NCBI GenBank assembly: GCA_048939995.1
Contig: JBHLOY010000001.1
Span: 96,001 to 160,000 of the forward strand
Source: Promethearchaeota archaeon
Lineage (GTDB): Archaea; Asgardarchaeota; Lokiarchaeia; Sigyniarchaeales; SOKP01
Direction: 5' to 3'
Length of the DNA stretch: 64,000 nucleotides
In this document: piece by piece, positions 29,522-39,001 of the stretch
Layout: each line of letters opens with the position of its first letter
How positions within the stretch are numbered: position 1 is the stretch's first letter
Translations under genes and position numbers: made by a program
The notes under the pieces: generated by a model
Database searches by the model: none
What the model saw: only the letters and a program-made list of their open reading frames with translations
What the model was told of the DNA's origin: nothing

Positions 29522-30741
29522 AGATTAAGTCTTTTTTTCTTATCAAAAAGTTGTTTTAATTCATCAAGAACCTTCAGTCGAGAATCAGCTGGATTAACTC
29601 GTGCTTGTCTTTGATCAGGGTTAGCTATGCTAATTGGAATTCCACTTTGAGCAACTTGAAATGCTCCACTCTCAATTGCTCTCAATCTACTGTCAAGATC
29701 ACTTAATTGTTTCGATATACTTTCTGAAAGGCGAATTACAGCATTCATTGTTTCTTCCAAAGTTTTACCTAAGCCTTCTACTTTTCTTAAAGTTGGATTT
29801 GTTAATGAATCCGTAGTTTTCATAACATCTTTAATATATTTTGAAAATTGAGGTTCATTTGATATTAATGAGTAAATAGATGTAAGATAAGCTTCATAAT
29901 CAAATCCAAATTGATTCATTAATGTGTTAATATTATCCTTTAACAATTCTATGCTCAACAGGATTTCAGGTTCAGTTTTTATATCTGGATCTACCTTATG
30001 AATATAAATTACAATAAATGGATTTTCTTCTAAAGTTAATAACACATTTAATATTTCTTCAAAATATTCAAAAGACTCAGCAAATCTTTCTGAATCTTGA
30101 ATATCAATAACATATATTAATAGATCTATTTGAAGGAAATAATATTCTGGGTGTTTTAAATATTTATTACGATATTGTTTTTGACCCCCCATATCCCATA
30201 TAAAAACATCAAGTGCAGATTCTTCGGTTTTTATAAATTGACGCTGTACCCCTTTGGTTGGTTTTAGATTTACTAAACCAGTTATCCCCAATTTTCCTCC
30301 GTATTTAGATAATATGGCAGTTTTACCAGCATTATCTAACCCGATGATCATAATCTTTTGAGCTTTTTTTTCAAAAATCTCTTTATCTTTTGCATTAATT
30401 ATTATAGAACTAATAGCAATAGCTTTCTTTAAGTTTTTTTCGAACTCAGGGTAATTTTGTTTTAGATCCTCAATTATCTTGTTAATTTCTAATTGATCTT
30501 CAACACTTTTCTTATTTATAGTTTCAAAGGGATCTTCTTTATTAATTTTTGAGAGTTCTTCGATATTTGTGACATTAAAAATTTCTTCTAAGAATTTAGA
30601 GATAATTTTATCAAAGAATTTAAAAGAATGAATGGGTAATTGCCTTATATCATCCATAGTGGTTAATTTACTTATTTTGGCTTCTTTAGGGTCTAAGAAT
30701 CTCGAAAATATATTAATAATATTTGAAATATCTGTTGACAT
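29518..30741 (-). CDS. Multidomain Arf/Rag-like small GTPase
   Basis: GLDNAGKT, PTKG, WDMGGQ, HKVD, TSIY; extra N-terminal domain and C-terminal coiled coil. Confidence 0.85.
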   Translation of the reverse strand: MSTDISNIINIFSRFLDPKEAKISKLTTMDDIRQLPIHSFKFFDKIISKFLEEIFNVTNIEELSKINKEDPFETINKKSVEDQLEINKIIEDLKQNYPEFEKNLKKAIAISSIIINAKDKEIFEKKAQKIMIIGLDNAGKTAILSKYGGKLGITGLVNLKPTKGVQRQFIKTEESALDVFIWDMGGQKQYRNKYLKHPEYYFLQIDLLIYVIDIQDSERFAESFEYFEEILNVLLTLEENPFIVIYIHKVDPDIKTEPEILLSIELLKDNINTLMNQFGFDYEAYLTSIYSLISNEPQFSKYIKDVMKTTDSLTNPTLRKVEGLGKTLEETMNAVIRLSESISKQLSDLDSRLRAIESGAFQVAQSGIPISIANPDQRQARVNPADSRLKVLDELKQLFDKKKRLNL

Positions 30742-30948
30742 TGTCTTTTTTGCTCCTAATTTTAAATATTAGTAGTTTTGATAAATTTTTATTATTATCT
30801 ATTTACTTTTTATGATAATAGTTAAATATTTAAGATTTAAATTTTCACTACCGATTTAAATTAATTAAAATTTAAATATCTGATTTATTTTAAATACTAT
30901 ACACTAGAATAAAAAATTCCAATAAAAGTATGTATTAATCCAATATTT

Positions 30949-31857
30949 ATGCCATCAAAATTTGAAGAAGATAACTTTTTTGAAGAAGATGTTGAACAGT
31001 GTTGTGATTCCCCGAAAATCAGTGAGGAAGATGGCTTTAACGTTTGTTTAAATTGTGGTTATGTATATAGTAGAATACTGGATGATTCACCAAGAAGAGC
31101 ATTTACTCAAGAGGAAATTCAGAAAAGAAAAAGCAACGAACGTGTTTATAGCCCTATAGGACCCAGAACTATCATCCGGGGAAGTCGTGATGCAAGGGGA
31201 ACATTACTTAGTCCAAAATTTAAATCAAAGTTTAATAGATTAGCCAAAATTCATCGGTCTTTAACTACGAGTTATGAACGGAATCTATGGATTGCTTTAC
31301 CAAATCTCCAAAGATTGCAAAAGCGATTAGGAATCCCGGATACGGTTGCTGAAGATGCTCTACGGATTTATACTCAAACTGTTAAGAAGAAACTGACTAT
31401 GGGAAGAAGCATTGATACGTTACTCTCAGCTTCAATTTTTTGCGCTTTACGTGTTCATGGTATTCCTAGAACTGTAGAAGAAATAACAAAAGTGGCCCAA
31501 ATTCCCAAAAAAAAAGTAATAAAAAGTTATAGATTAATTCTCATGGAAGTTTTACCTAATTTAAATTTAAAAGTCCAACATTTCTCACCAGATCGGTACG
31601 TTGATAAGTTTAATGACGAATTAAAATTATCTATGCAATGTAGAAATGTAGCGGTAAAAATTATTGAGAATGCGAAGGAGCATGGATTTAATTCAGCTGG
31701 GAAAGATCCAAAAGGTATTGCAGCAGCGGCAATTTATATTGGATCAAAAATTTGTAATGAAAATAGAACGCAAAAAGAGATAAGTAAGCTAGCTCGCGTA
31801 ACTGAAGTAACTTTACGAATGAGAGTTAAAGATCTAATGAGATATGCGGACATTTAA
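30949..31857 (+). CDS. tfb: Transcription initiation factor IIB (TFB) paralogue
   Basis: Zn ribbon CC...CLNCG, two cyclin folds (GRSID...PRT, GKDPKGIAAAAIY, TQKEI...VTEVTLR). Confidence 0.9.
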   Translation: MPSKFEEDNFFEEDVEQCCDSPKISEEDGFNVCLNCGYVYSRILDDSPRRAFTQEEIQKRKSNERVYSPIGPRTIIRGSRDARGTLLSPKFKSKFNRLAKIHRSLTTSYERNLWIALPNLQRLQKRLGIPDTVAEDALRIYTQTVKKKLTMGRSIDTLLSASIFCALRVHGIPRTVEEITKVAQIPKKKVIKSYRLILMEVLPNLNLKVQHFSPDRYVDKFNDELKLSMQCRNVAVKIIENAKEHGFNSAGKDPKGIAAAAIYIGSKICNENRTQKEISKLARVTEVTLRMRVKDLMRYADI

Positions 31858-31877
31858 TTTTTATTAAATTTAATGAA

Positions 31878-34800
31878 TTAAAGTTCTATGTGTTTTAGTT
31901 TATTCTCTTCCTTGAATAAAGGTAAAACTTCTAACATTTCATTTATTGGGGCTAAATATTTCTCAAGTTTATTCTCTACCACTTCTGAAATGAAATTTAT
32001 TAATTTAATATAAAAAGTTTCTTCTACCAATCTTCTATTTAAACCGAGAGAATTAAGAAACTTTTCTATCTTTAACTTGATATTACTTATTTGTTCCTTA
32101 ATTTTTATTAAAGCTAATCCATGGAGCAGGACTAACAATGAGCTTATATTAAAATCCTTCTTTTCAGAGATAGATATAGCACGATTTAAATATAAATCAG
32201 CAGCAAGTTTAAAATCTTCATTTTCTAATGCAGTTAGGATATCTTCATAATAATATTTTCTCATAACAGTGCGTTTCTTTAAAAAAGCTCCTTTTTCTCT
32301 CATAATTTCTGATTTTGTTTGTCGTAGATTAGCAAGATTTTGTTCAAGTTGTACTGAAGCAATGGTTTGTTGTCCTATTTCTTTTCTTGAAATTCCTGCT
32401 GTTTCCTTTTGCAAAGAGATTTCTTCAGGTATTAATGATTTTATATATTCACTTTCTGGTCCAAATAGGGCCAGCTTTTTAATCAAACCGTTCAAAATAA
32501 TTTCTACTAATTCATTTAAATCATTTTCCATTGCAAAAAATAACTCTTTTAGAATGTTGACTTCTGGTAAATCTTCAATTTTAGAATCATATTTTTCTAT
32601 TTTAGTTAAATTATCATAAAATGCAGTTTTAGCACTAATAATATCTATCGCTTTAATTATTAATAGGGATCCTATTATAAGGCTAACTGTTGCTTGTTTA
32701 TAAAATTTTTTTTCCATTAATTGGGGGATAATATTAATATAATCTGTTGCTGCTTTTTGGTATTTTTTATTTAAAAGGTCTTCCAAAGCATGCCTCCAAT
32801 ATTGATTTTTCATTAGTTTTCTCTTTGCAATGTCAGATTTTTCTAATTGGATATTTTCAACCAATTTATTGACTTTTTCCTTTAATTTATCTATTTCGAC
32901 TAAACTGTTTATAATAGCTTTGCTTATTTCCACAGTTTTATCTTTCTCTAAAAGTTCTTCTTCTTCTCTAAATAAGGGTAAATTTTCAAAGAAATTTACA
33001 TAGTCTTTAAGATTGAAACTTTTTAGTAGCTTGTTTAAATCGATAAGATATTCAATTAATGTGATTGAAAATGTTTCTGACAATAATCTAACTAAGTTTG
33101 GAAATTTTTCTTTGATTCTTTTTAAAAAAGGCTCAATTAAAGCAAATTTATCTTGTTTAATTAAGATAAGAGCAATTATCGCTAAGGATACTCCAGCTAG
33201 GTTATATTGTCTTATGTTAATTAATTGGTTAACGCTCTCTTCATATTTTTCAATGGCTTTATCATATTCTTCAGATATCAGGAATTTTAAAGCCTCGTCA
33301 AAATATGCTCTTTTATATGCTTTTCTTTGTCGAAGTTCGTTATGACGATCTATTAAAGCATCTCTTGCTTTCTTTTCAATAAAAGATAATCTTTCTTTTA
33401 GAGCTTCTTTCTTGAAATCTTCTTCTGCCTTCCTAATCTCAATTGCACTCTTTTCAGACTCTAACTTCTCGATTTTTTTATTGATTTCTACTTTAATTTT
33501 GCTATCATCAATTCGGTCATTAATAGCATGAGCTCCCGATAAATTTCCAAATTCAATATATCTTTCAGCGATGATCTTATAGATTTCATTAAGATCAATT
33601 TTTATATTTTCTAAATAGGCTAGGGAAATTTCTGATGCTTTATTTACTAAATTCAATGTTTGTTCGATTCCCGGCACTGTTTTTTCAGATTCTAAGATTT
33701 GAAGGGCGTTTGACTTTATCACTTCAACAAATTCTTCTGCAATGGTTTGTGCTTGTTCATATAGTTCTTGATCTCTATATATCTTTATTGAACTTTCAAA
33801 AATTCGTTCTAATTCCTGATATTTTTTTTCTTTTTTTATTTCCTTTAATTTTTTAATAATAATTTGAAAATTTTTTATCAAGTATCTCTCTTTTGTTGTT
33901 TCAGATAACTCTGTAAATATTGGAAAGAATTGGTTCATAAATTTTCCCATTAGTAGGGTATCAAGTGATTTTCCAAGCAATTCTTCTTGAACTTCTTCTT
34001 TTCCGATACTTTTCATTAAATCTGCTTGAAATCTTATTCTTTCAGCTGCTTTGATGAATTCATTACTCTCGATTAGTATTTTAGCTTCCTTAATTATCTG
34101 CTCATTCATATTTGTTATTATTTTCGATTCTTCTTCAACAAATTCCTTTATAACCTTGACTGCGTTTTCAAGATTCTCTTGTATTTCCTTTCTCTTAAAT
34201 TCCTTAGCCTCTTCCTCTATTTTTTCCCTTAACATGGTTAATTGCTTCTTTACTGATAAAGAATTTAACTTGTTCATTAAATCAGTAGCCGACCCAAAAT
34301 TTAGCTCGTTAAGAAAAATCTTAATTAATTCCTCTAATAATTTATCAAGGTTGGCCTTTTTTACTCCATAAGATTCCCATAGATTTTCTATCTCATCATA
34401 GGTATATTTGGCAGCATAATTGTCCTTTTCTTTAATCTGTACTTCTAAAAGTTTAATAAGTATATCTACTTGCTTATAGGTAAACTTCTCTAAAAGATCA
34501 AAAAGCCCTTCTCTTTGATAAACTGTTATTGCCTTATAGATTTGATCTTTTGCCTCAATTAATTTTTCATTTTTAACTAAAAAATTAGCAGCAGCTATTA
34601 ACTTATCATCAATCTCGTTTAAAATCGTAAGAACGTTATTATGTGGCAAGCTATTTAGAATTTTAAAAGAGTTTTCAACCTTACAAGCAGATATCCATGA
34701 ATTGATTGCCAATTTAAAGGTTTCATTACTAAGTTCTATATCTTTTAATTCTAACGTTGCCCATTGAGCTGCTGCTAAATACTGTTTAGCTGCAGATTCA

Positions 34801-35594
34801 AAATCTCTCTTATTGAATAGTTTATTTCCCTCTAAAATGATTGATTCAGCATATAATTTTTTAAAGTTTTCAGATTTCTCTTTATCTATATTACTTATAA
34901 TTTTCGAGGCTTCTAAATATAAATTTACTTTTGAAAAGAGTAGAGCAGCTTGCTCACTAATGACATAAAATTCAGTTTTATTAAAAATATCCGCAATCAT
35001 AGCTGCTTTTCGAATAGTCTGAGCGGCATAAAAATACTGTTGCCTTTCAAAGTACAAATTTGCTAATAAGATAAAAATTGGAAATCGCATCCAAGCATTT
35101 TCAATATTCAAGGGTGTATCCCCAGTTATCATCGCTAAACATAGACATTGAAGGGGTTGATAAAACTCTTTTGGGGAAACATTGACAAAACCTTCTAATT
35201 GAGGATATTTTAACCATAAATTTTCAAGTAATTCATTTGTCGAGATGGGAATTATCCCATCAGGATTATAATATAATATAACCATGGGAATATCTCTTTT
35301 TACTGAATCAATAATTGGAAGAATTAGATCAAAATATTCTAATTCCTCGTTGTTTTGTGGATTTAGAAAATATATTATACCATCAGCCTCTGGAAGAATA
35401 TCATCAAAGTTGGTATTTATCATATCACAGATGAGATCAACTTCTAAATCGCAAACATCTTCAAACACGTTAATTTCATTATACCATAATAAAATATTGT
35501 CTTTTTCTTCACCATTCTCAATAAATGCATTAGAAATGAAATAGGGAGTATATTCCACATTCCCTAAAATTAATATCTTGAAAATATAGCGCAT
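31878..35594 (-). CDS. Large protein: degenerate small-GTPase-like N-terminal domain plus TPR/SNAP-like alpha-solenoid
   Basis: YIFKILILGN start and ADGIIYF strand but no GKT; long helical repeats. Confidence 0.7.
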   Translation of the reverse strand: MRYIFKILILGNVEYTPYFISNAFIENGEEKDNILLWYNEINVFEDVCDLEVDLICDMINTNFDDILPEADGIIYFLNPQNNEELEYFDLILPIIDSVKRDIPMVILYYNPDGIIPISTNELLENLWLKYPQLEGFVNVSPKEFYQPLQCLCLAMITGDTPLNIENAWMRFPIFILLANLYFERQQYFYAAQTIRKAAMIADIFNKTEFYVISEQAALLFSKVNLYLEASKIISNIDKEKSENFKKLYAESIILEGNKLFNKRDFESAAKQYLAAAQWATLELKDIELSNETFKLAINSWISACKVENSFKILNSLPHNNVLTILNEIDDKLIAAANFLVKNEKLIEAKDQIYKAITVYQREGLFDLLEKFTYKQVDILIKLLEVQIKEKDNYAAKYTYDEIENLWESYGVKKANLDKLLEELIKIFLNELNFGSATDLMNKLNSLSVKKQLTMLREKIEEEAKEFKRKEIQENLENAVKVIKEFVEEESKIITNMNEQIIKEAKILIESNEFIKAAERIRFQADLMKSIGKEEVQEELLGKSLDTLLMGKFMNQFFPIFTELSETTKERYLIKNFQIIIKKLKEIKKEKKYQELERIFESSIKIYRDQELYEQAQTIAEEFVEVIKSNALQILESEKTVPGIEQTLNLVNKASEISLAYLENIKIDLNEIYKIIAERYIEFGNLSGAHAINDRIDDSKIKVEINKKIEKLESEKSAIEIRKAEEDFKKEALKERLSFIEKKARDALIDRHNELRQRKAYKRAYFDEALKFLISEEYDKAIEKYEESVNQLINIRQYNLAGVSLAIIALILIKQDKFALIEPFLKRIKEKFPNLVRLLSETFSITLIEYLIDLNKLLKSFNLKDYVNFFENLPLFREEEELLEKDKTVEISKAIINSLVEIDKLKEKVNKLVENIQLEKSDIAKRKLMKNQYWRHALEDLLNKKYQKAATDYINIIPQLMEKKFYKQATVSLIIGSLLIIKAIDIISAKTAFYDNLTKIEKYDSKIEDLPEVNILKELFFAMENDLNELVEIILNGLIKKLALFGPESEYIKSLIPEEISLQKETAGISRKEIGQQTIASVQLEQNLANLRQTKSEIMREKGAFLKKRTVMRKYYYEDILTALENEDFKLAADLYLNRAISISEKKDFNISSLLVLLHGLALIKIKEQISNIKLKIEKFLNSLGLNRRLVEETFYIKLINFISEVVENKLEKYLAPINEMLEVLPLFKEENKLKHIEL

Positions 35595-35783
35595 TTTAAT
35601 CTATTTTTTCTTTCCTATAATTATTAGGATGTATTAGAATGTATTTCAAATTAACTATAAAAGAATGAATAGAAATTAACTTAACAAATCTTTAAAACTA
35701 TTATAATTATTAAAAATTATTAAATTAATTTTTCCTTTTATTTATCTAATATATTTATCATTTGCAGTAATAGGGATTTAATA

Positions 35784-36449
35784 ATGACTTACATCGAACG
35801 CAATTCGCATATAGTTGAAGCACGAATGATTGAACAAATGGAGAAGTCTTTTAAGTTAGGAAGAGAATTAATAGATACTGAATTAGATACTGGGATCCTC
35901 AATTTCATTGTCAAACCATTAGTAAAAACTTTTTATGATTATTGGACTCAAAATGACGCTCGATATGGTACATTAAAACAGATTAAAGTGACTCTAGAAG
36001 CGGGAAAAAGATTGATAGTTGATAAAAATTCTAAAGATGATTTCAATAATGTAATAGAAGAGCTTTTTCCTAAATATCTTAAAGCAGATCAAACTACACA
36101 TCAATGTAGAAAATCTCACAAAAATTACAATAAATTGGTTGAGATCACAAGAAAAACTTTTATTAATTATGTAAAAGAAGTTACCACATTTTTGGAGGTT
36201 AAAGAAGAAGTTAAAGATTACGGTGATCTGTGCAGAATGGCGTTCACTACCAAAGAAAACGCTCAAAGGAATTTGATAAGACAATTAGATTACACGGATG
36301 AGGCAATAAGTTTAATTGAAGAAGATCCAAGTATTCTAAATATACCTGTGGCTAAAAGAATTATCGTAAAAGTTTTACGGAAAGGGTTTGAACGAACAAG
36401 GAAAGAATTCATGCAAGCCTTAAATGATACTTATAATCAAGAACATTAG
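35784..36449 (+). CDS. Hypothetical protein, paralogue of 36554-37213
   Basis: Clear end-to-end similarity with the neighbouring ORF. Confidence 0.75.
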   Translation: MTYIERNSHIVEARMIEQMEKSFKLGRELIDTELDTGILNFIVKPLVKTFYDYWTQNDARYGTLKQIKVTLEAGKRLIVDKNSKDDFNNVIEELFPKYLKADQTTHQCRKSHKNYNKLVEITRKTFINYVKEVTTFLEVKEEVKDYGDLCRMAFTTKENAQRNLIRQLDYTDEAISLIEEDPSILNIPVAKRIIVKVLRKGFERTRKEFMQALNDTYNQEH

Positions 36450-36553
36450 AAATATTAATTTTTTATGAATCTTTTTAAATCTTATAATCTATAATAATTA
36501 CCAATCTATGGCATTTATGGAGTTTAACAATAACTTGGAATTGAAATATTAAA

Positions 36554-37213
36554 ATGAGTTATTTAGAACGTAACTATTTGATTTTAGAGGAAAGAATGAA
36601 AGAACAGACCGAAATCTCTTTAAATTTTGGAAAATCTTTATTAGATAGCGAGTTAGATTTAGGGATATTAAATGTTGTTGTTAAACCAGTTGTTAAATCT
36701 TTTTATCAATATTGGGGTAAAGATGCTCGAAAGGGTACATTAGAGCAAATTAAAGTAACTCTAAATACTGCTAAGGCACTTATAGAAGATGGTAATTATT
36801 CAGAAGAAAAATTTAATCAACTAATTGATAAAAATTTCATTATCTATCTTCAGAATGATCAGACTGATCGTCAGTGTAAAAGAGATCATAAGAATTATCG
36901 TAACTTAAAAGAAATTACAAAGAATTGCTTTATTACACAAGTTCAAGAGAGTATTTTACTTCTAAACGTTAAGGAAGATAATGTAAAAACTTATGATGAG
37001 TTATCCCGAGCTGCATTTAAAACAAAAGAAAAAGCATTTAATGCTTTAAAAAGACAGTTAGATTTTAATGAGGCCGGTATAGAAATAGTGGAAAAAGATC
37101 CTTCCATTCTAAAAGTACTAGCTGGTAAAAATATAATCTTAAAGGTTCTTCGTAGAGGGTTCGAATTAACAAAGGAAAATTTACTAGAGGAATTGGATAC
37201 AATATTTAATTAA
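36554..37213 (+). CDS. Hypothetical protein, paralogue of 35784-36449
   Basis: Shared YxERN, ELDxGILN, GTLxQIKVTL, DQTxxQC..HKNY, RQLD, KVLRxGFE. Confidence 0.75.
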   Translation: MSYLERNYLILEERMKEQTEISLNFGKSLLDSELDLGILNVVVKPVVKSFYQYWGKDARKGTLEQIKVTLNTAKALIEDGNYSEEKFNQLIDKNFIIYLQNDQTDRQCKRDHKNYRNLKEITKNCFITQVQESILLLNVKEDNVKTYDELSRAAFKTKEKAFNALKRQLDFNEAGIEIVEKDPSILKVLAGKNIILKVLRRGFELTKENLLEELDTIFN

Positions 37214-37234
37214 AAAATTAAAAATGGTTAAACT

Positions 37235-38812
37235 TTGGATCATTCAATAAATAATGAAGAAAAGAAAAATCATGACCAAAATGATTTTAAGCGTAAGTTT
37301 TTTGTGAATATCTTTATTGAAATTTTTATTATTATGTGTTATTTATATGTATCAGAGCTTTTTGGTTCTATTTCCACCCCTTTTATTACATCTCACAATT
37401 TTTCAGTGAACTTTAGTTTAACTTTATTTATATTTTCTTTCTTTTCAGTATTAGCAGGTTCTTTGCATGGATTTATTTCTGGTTTTATAAGTGAATTATT
37501 ATTTCAATTATCTTTCTATTCCTCCATTCATTTGGATTGGATAATAATAATTTCATTATATGGTTTAATTTGTGGATCTTACCAATACAAACCATTAATA
37601 TATAAAAATCCTAAAAAAATATTGAATACAATTTTCATTTTAATTATTTCTTCTTTAATCGCTTTTTTAGTAATCATTTTCTTTCAATTCATCTTAAATA
37701 TAGGTGTAATTAACTTTTATGTTGTTCTGATTAATTATGGTGTTAAATTCTTAATTTTGGCTTTAATTTCTGTAGTTTTTTTTATCCCGATTTTATTATA
37801 CATATATGATTGGTATTTAGCCAAGGAAGAACGACACGTGTATAATTTGATTTTAACTCACCATCCAATCTCCGCTAGTGACCATACTTTTTATTTAAAA
37901 TTTGGAAGAACAAAAATTTATTTTTGTTCTAGGTGTTCGGGTGTAATTATTGGAGGGATAATCGCAGTATTTTTTTTCCATTTAATAGATTTGATTTTTA
38001 ATATATCGATTAGTCCTGAAATTGCTTTAATTCTAGTAATTTGCATTCCTATTCCCGGTTTGATAGACTGGGGTACCCAAAGACTACTATTGAGAAAAAG
38101 TACGACTTCTTCAAGACTGCTAACGGGATTTATAATTGGTATTGGACTTAATTTAATTAATTTTACTTATAAATACTATTTTATAACCATAACAATTATT
38201 GCAGTATATTTTTCTGTTCTTTTCTTATTAATGTTTTTTGGATATAGAAAGGAATTAAAAAAATTTCGTGAAGAACTAAATTCTGGTTATTATACAAGTG
38301 AATATAATATTATTTTTATTCATGGACTCGAAAGTTCTGGTAAAGGATTTAAAGGGAGGTATTTAAAATCAATATTTCCAAATATTCTTACACCAGATTT
38401 CAAAAGTTATGATTCTAAACAAAGTCTAAAATCAATATTATATGAAAGAATGATGCAATTAAATACTATTTTAGAGGAACAAAATAATTGGATAATTATA
38501 GGATCCAGTTTTGGAGGATTAATGGGTGCGTTATATGCCTTGCAGAATCCAGAAAAAGTTGAGCGCTTAATCTTATTCGCCCCATTTTTAGTAGAGGAAG
38601 AATTAATAGATATGAAATTAGAGCCAATCCGAATTCCTGTTATTGTATATCATGGCAAAAATGATGATGTGGTTCCAATAGATGAAGTGATGGCAAGAGC
38701 TAAAAAGTTGTTTAGAAATCTTGATTATAATATAGTCGACGACAATCATTATCTTCACTCCACTCTCAAACAAATAAACTGGAGAGATATGTTCACGCAA
38801 TTTAATTTATGA
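37235..38812 (+). CDS. Fusion: ECF S-component-like TM region, DUF2085-like domain and alpha/beta hydrolase
   Basis: Many TM helices; THHP...FCSRCSG...LIDWGTQ...RLLTG; HGLESS, GSSFGG, HGKNDDVVP, DDNH. Confidence 0.7.
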   Translation: MDHSINNEEKKNHDQNDFKRKFFVNIFIEIFIIMCYLYVSELFGSISTPFITSHNFSVNFSLTLFIFSFFSVLAGSLHGFISGFISELLFQLSFYSSIHLDWIIIISLYGLICGSYQYKPLIYKNPKKILNTIFILIISSLIAFLVIIFFQFILNIGVINFYVVLINYGVKFLILALISVVFFIPILLYIYDWYLAKEERHVYNLILTHHPISASDHTFYLKFGRTKIYFCSRCSGVIIGGIIAVFFFHLIDLIFNISISPEIALILVICIPIPGLIDWGTQRLLLRKSTTSSRLLTGFIIGIGLNLINFTYKYYFITITIIAVYFSVLFLLMFFGYRKELKKFREELNSGYYTSEYNIIFIHGLESSGKGFKGRYLKSIFPNILTPDFKSYDSKQSLKSILYERMMQLNTILEEQNNWIIIGSSFGGLMGALYALQNPEKVERLILFAPFLVEEELIDMKLEPIRIPVIVYHGKNDDVVPIDEVMARAKKLFRNLDYNIVDDNHYLHSTLKQINWRDMFTQFNL

Positions 38813-38844
38813 ATTTAGTATGTTATCATAAGAGTTAACGTTTA

Positions 38845-38882
38845 AAAAATTGGTCCTAAAAATTGGTCTCCAATTTTTTTTT
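38845..38882 (+). terminator. Hairpin plus T-tract after the 37235-38812 gene
   Basis: AAAAATTGG-TCT-CCAATTTTT then a T run; AAAAATTGGTC is also duplicated directly. Confidence 0.45.
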
Positions 38883-39001
38883 AATTCAGAAAATATATAT
38901 TTTATTTATATAAAATAGTATCTCTAAAACGATCGATTAGTCTGTTTTTAAAAATGAAAAAAAAATAAATTCAATTATAAATATATTAGTGTGATATTCG
39001 G

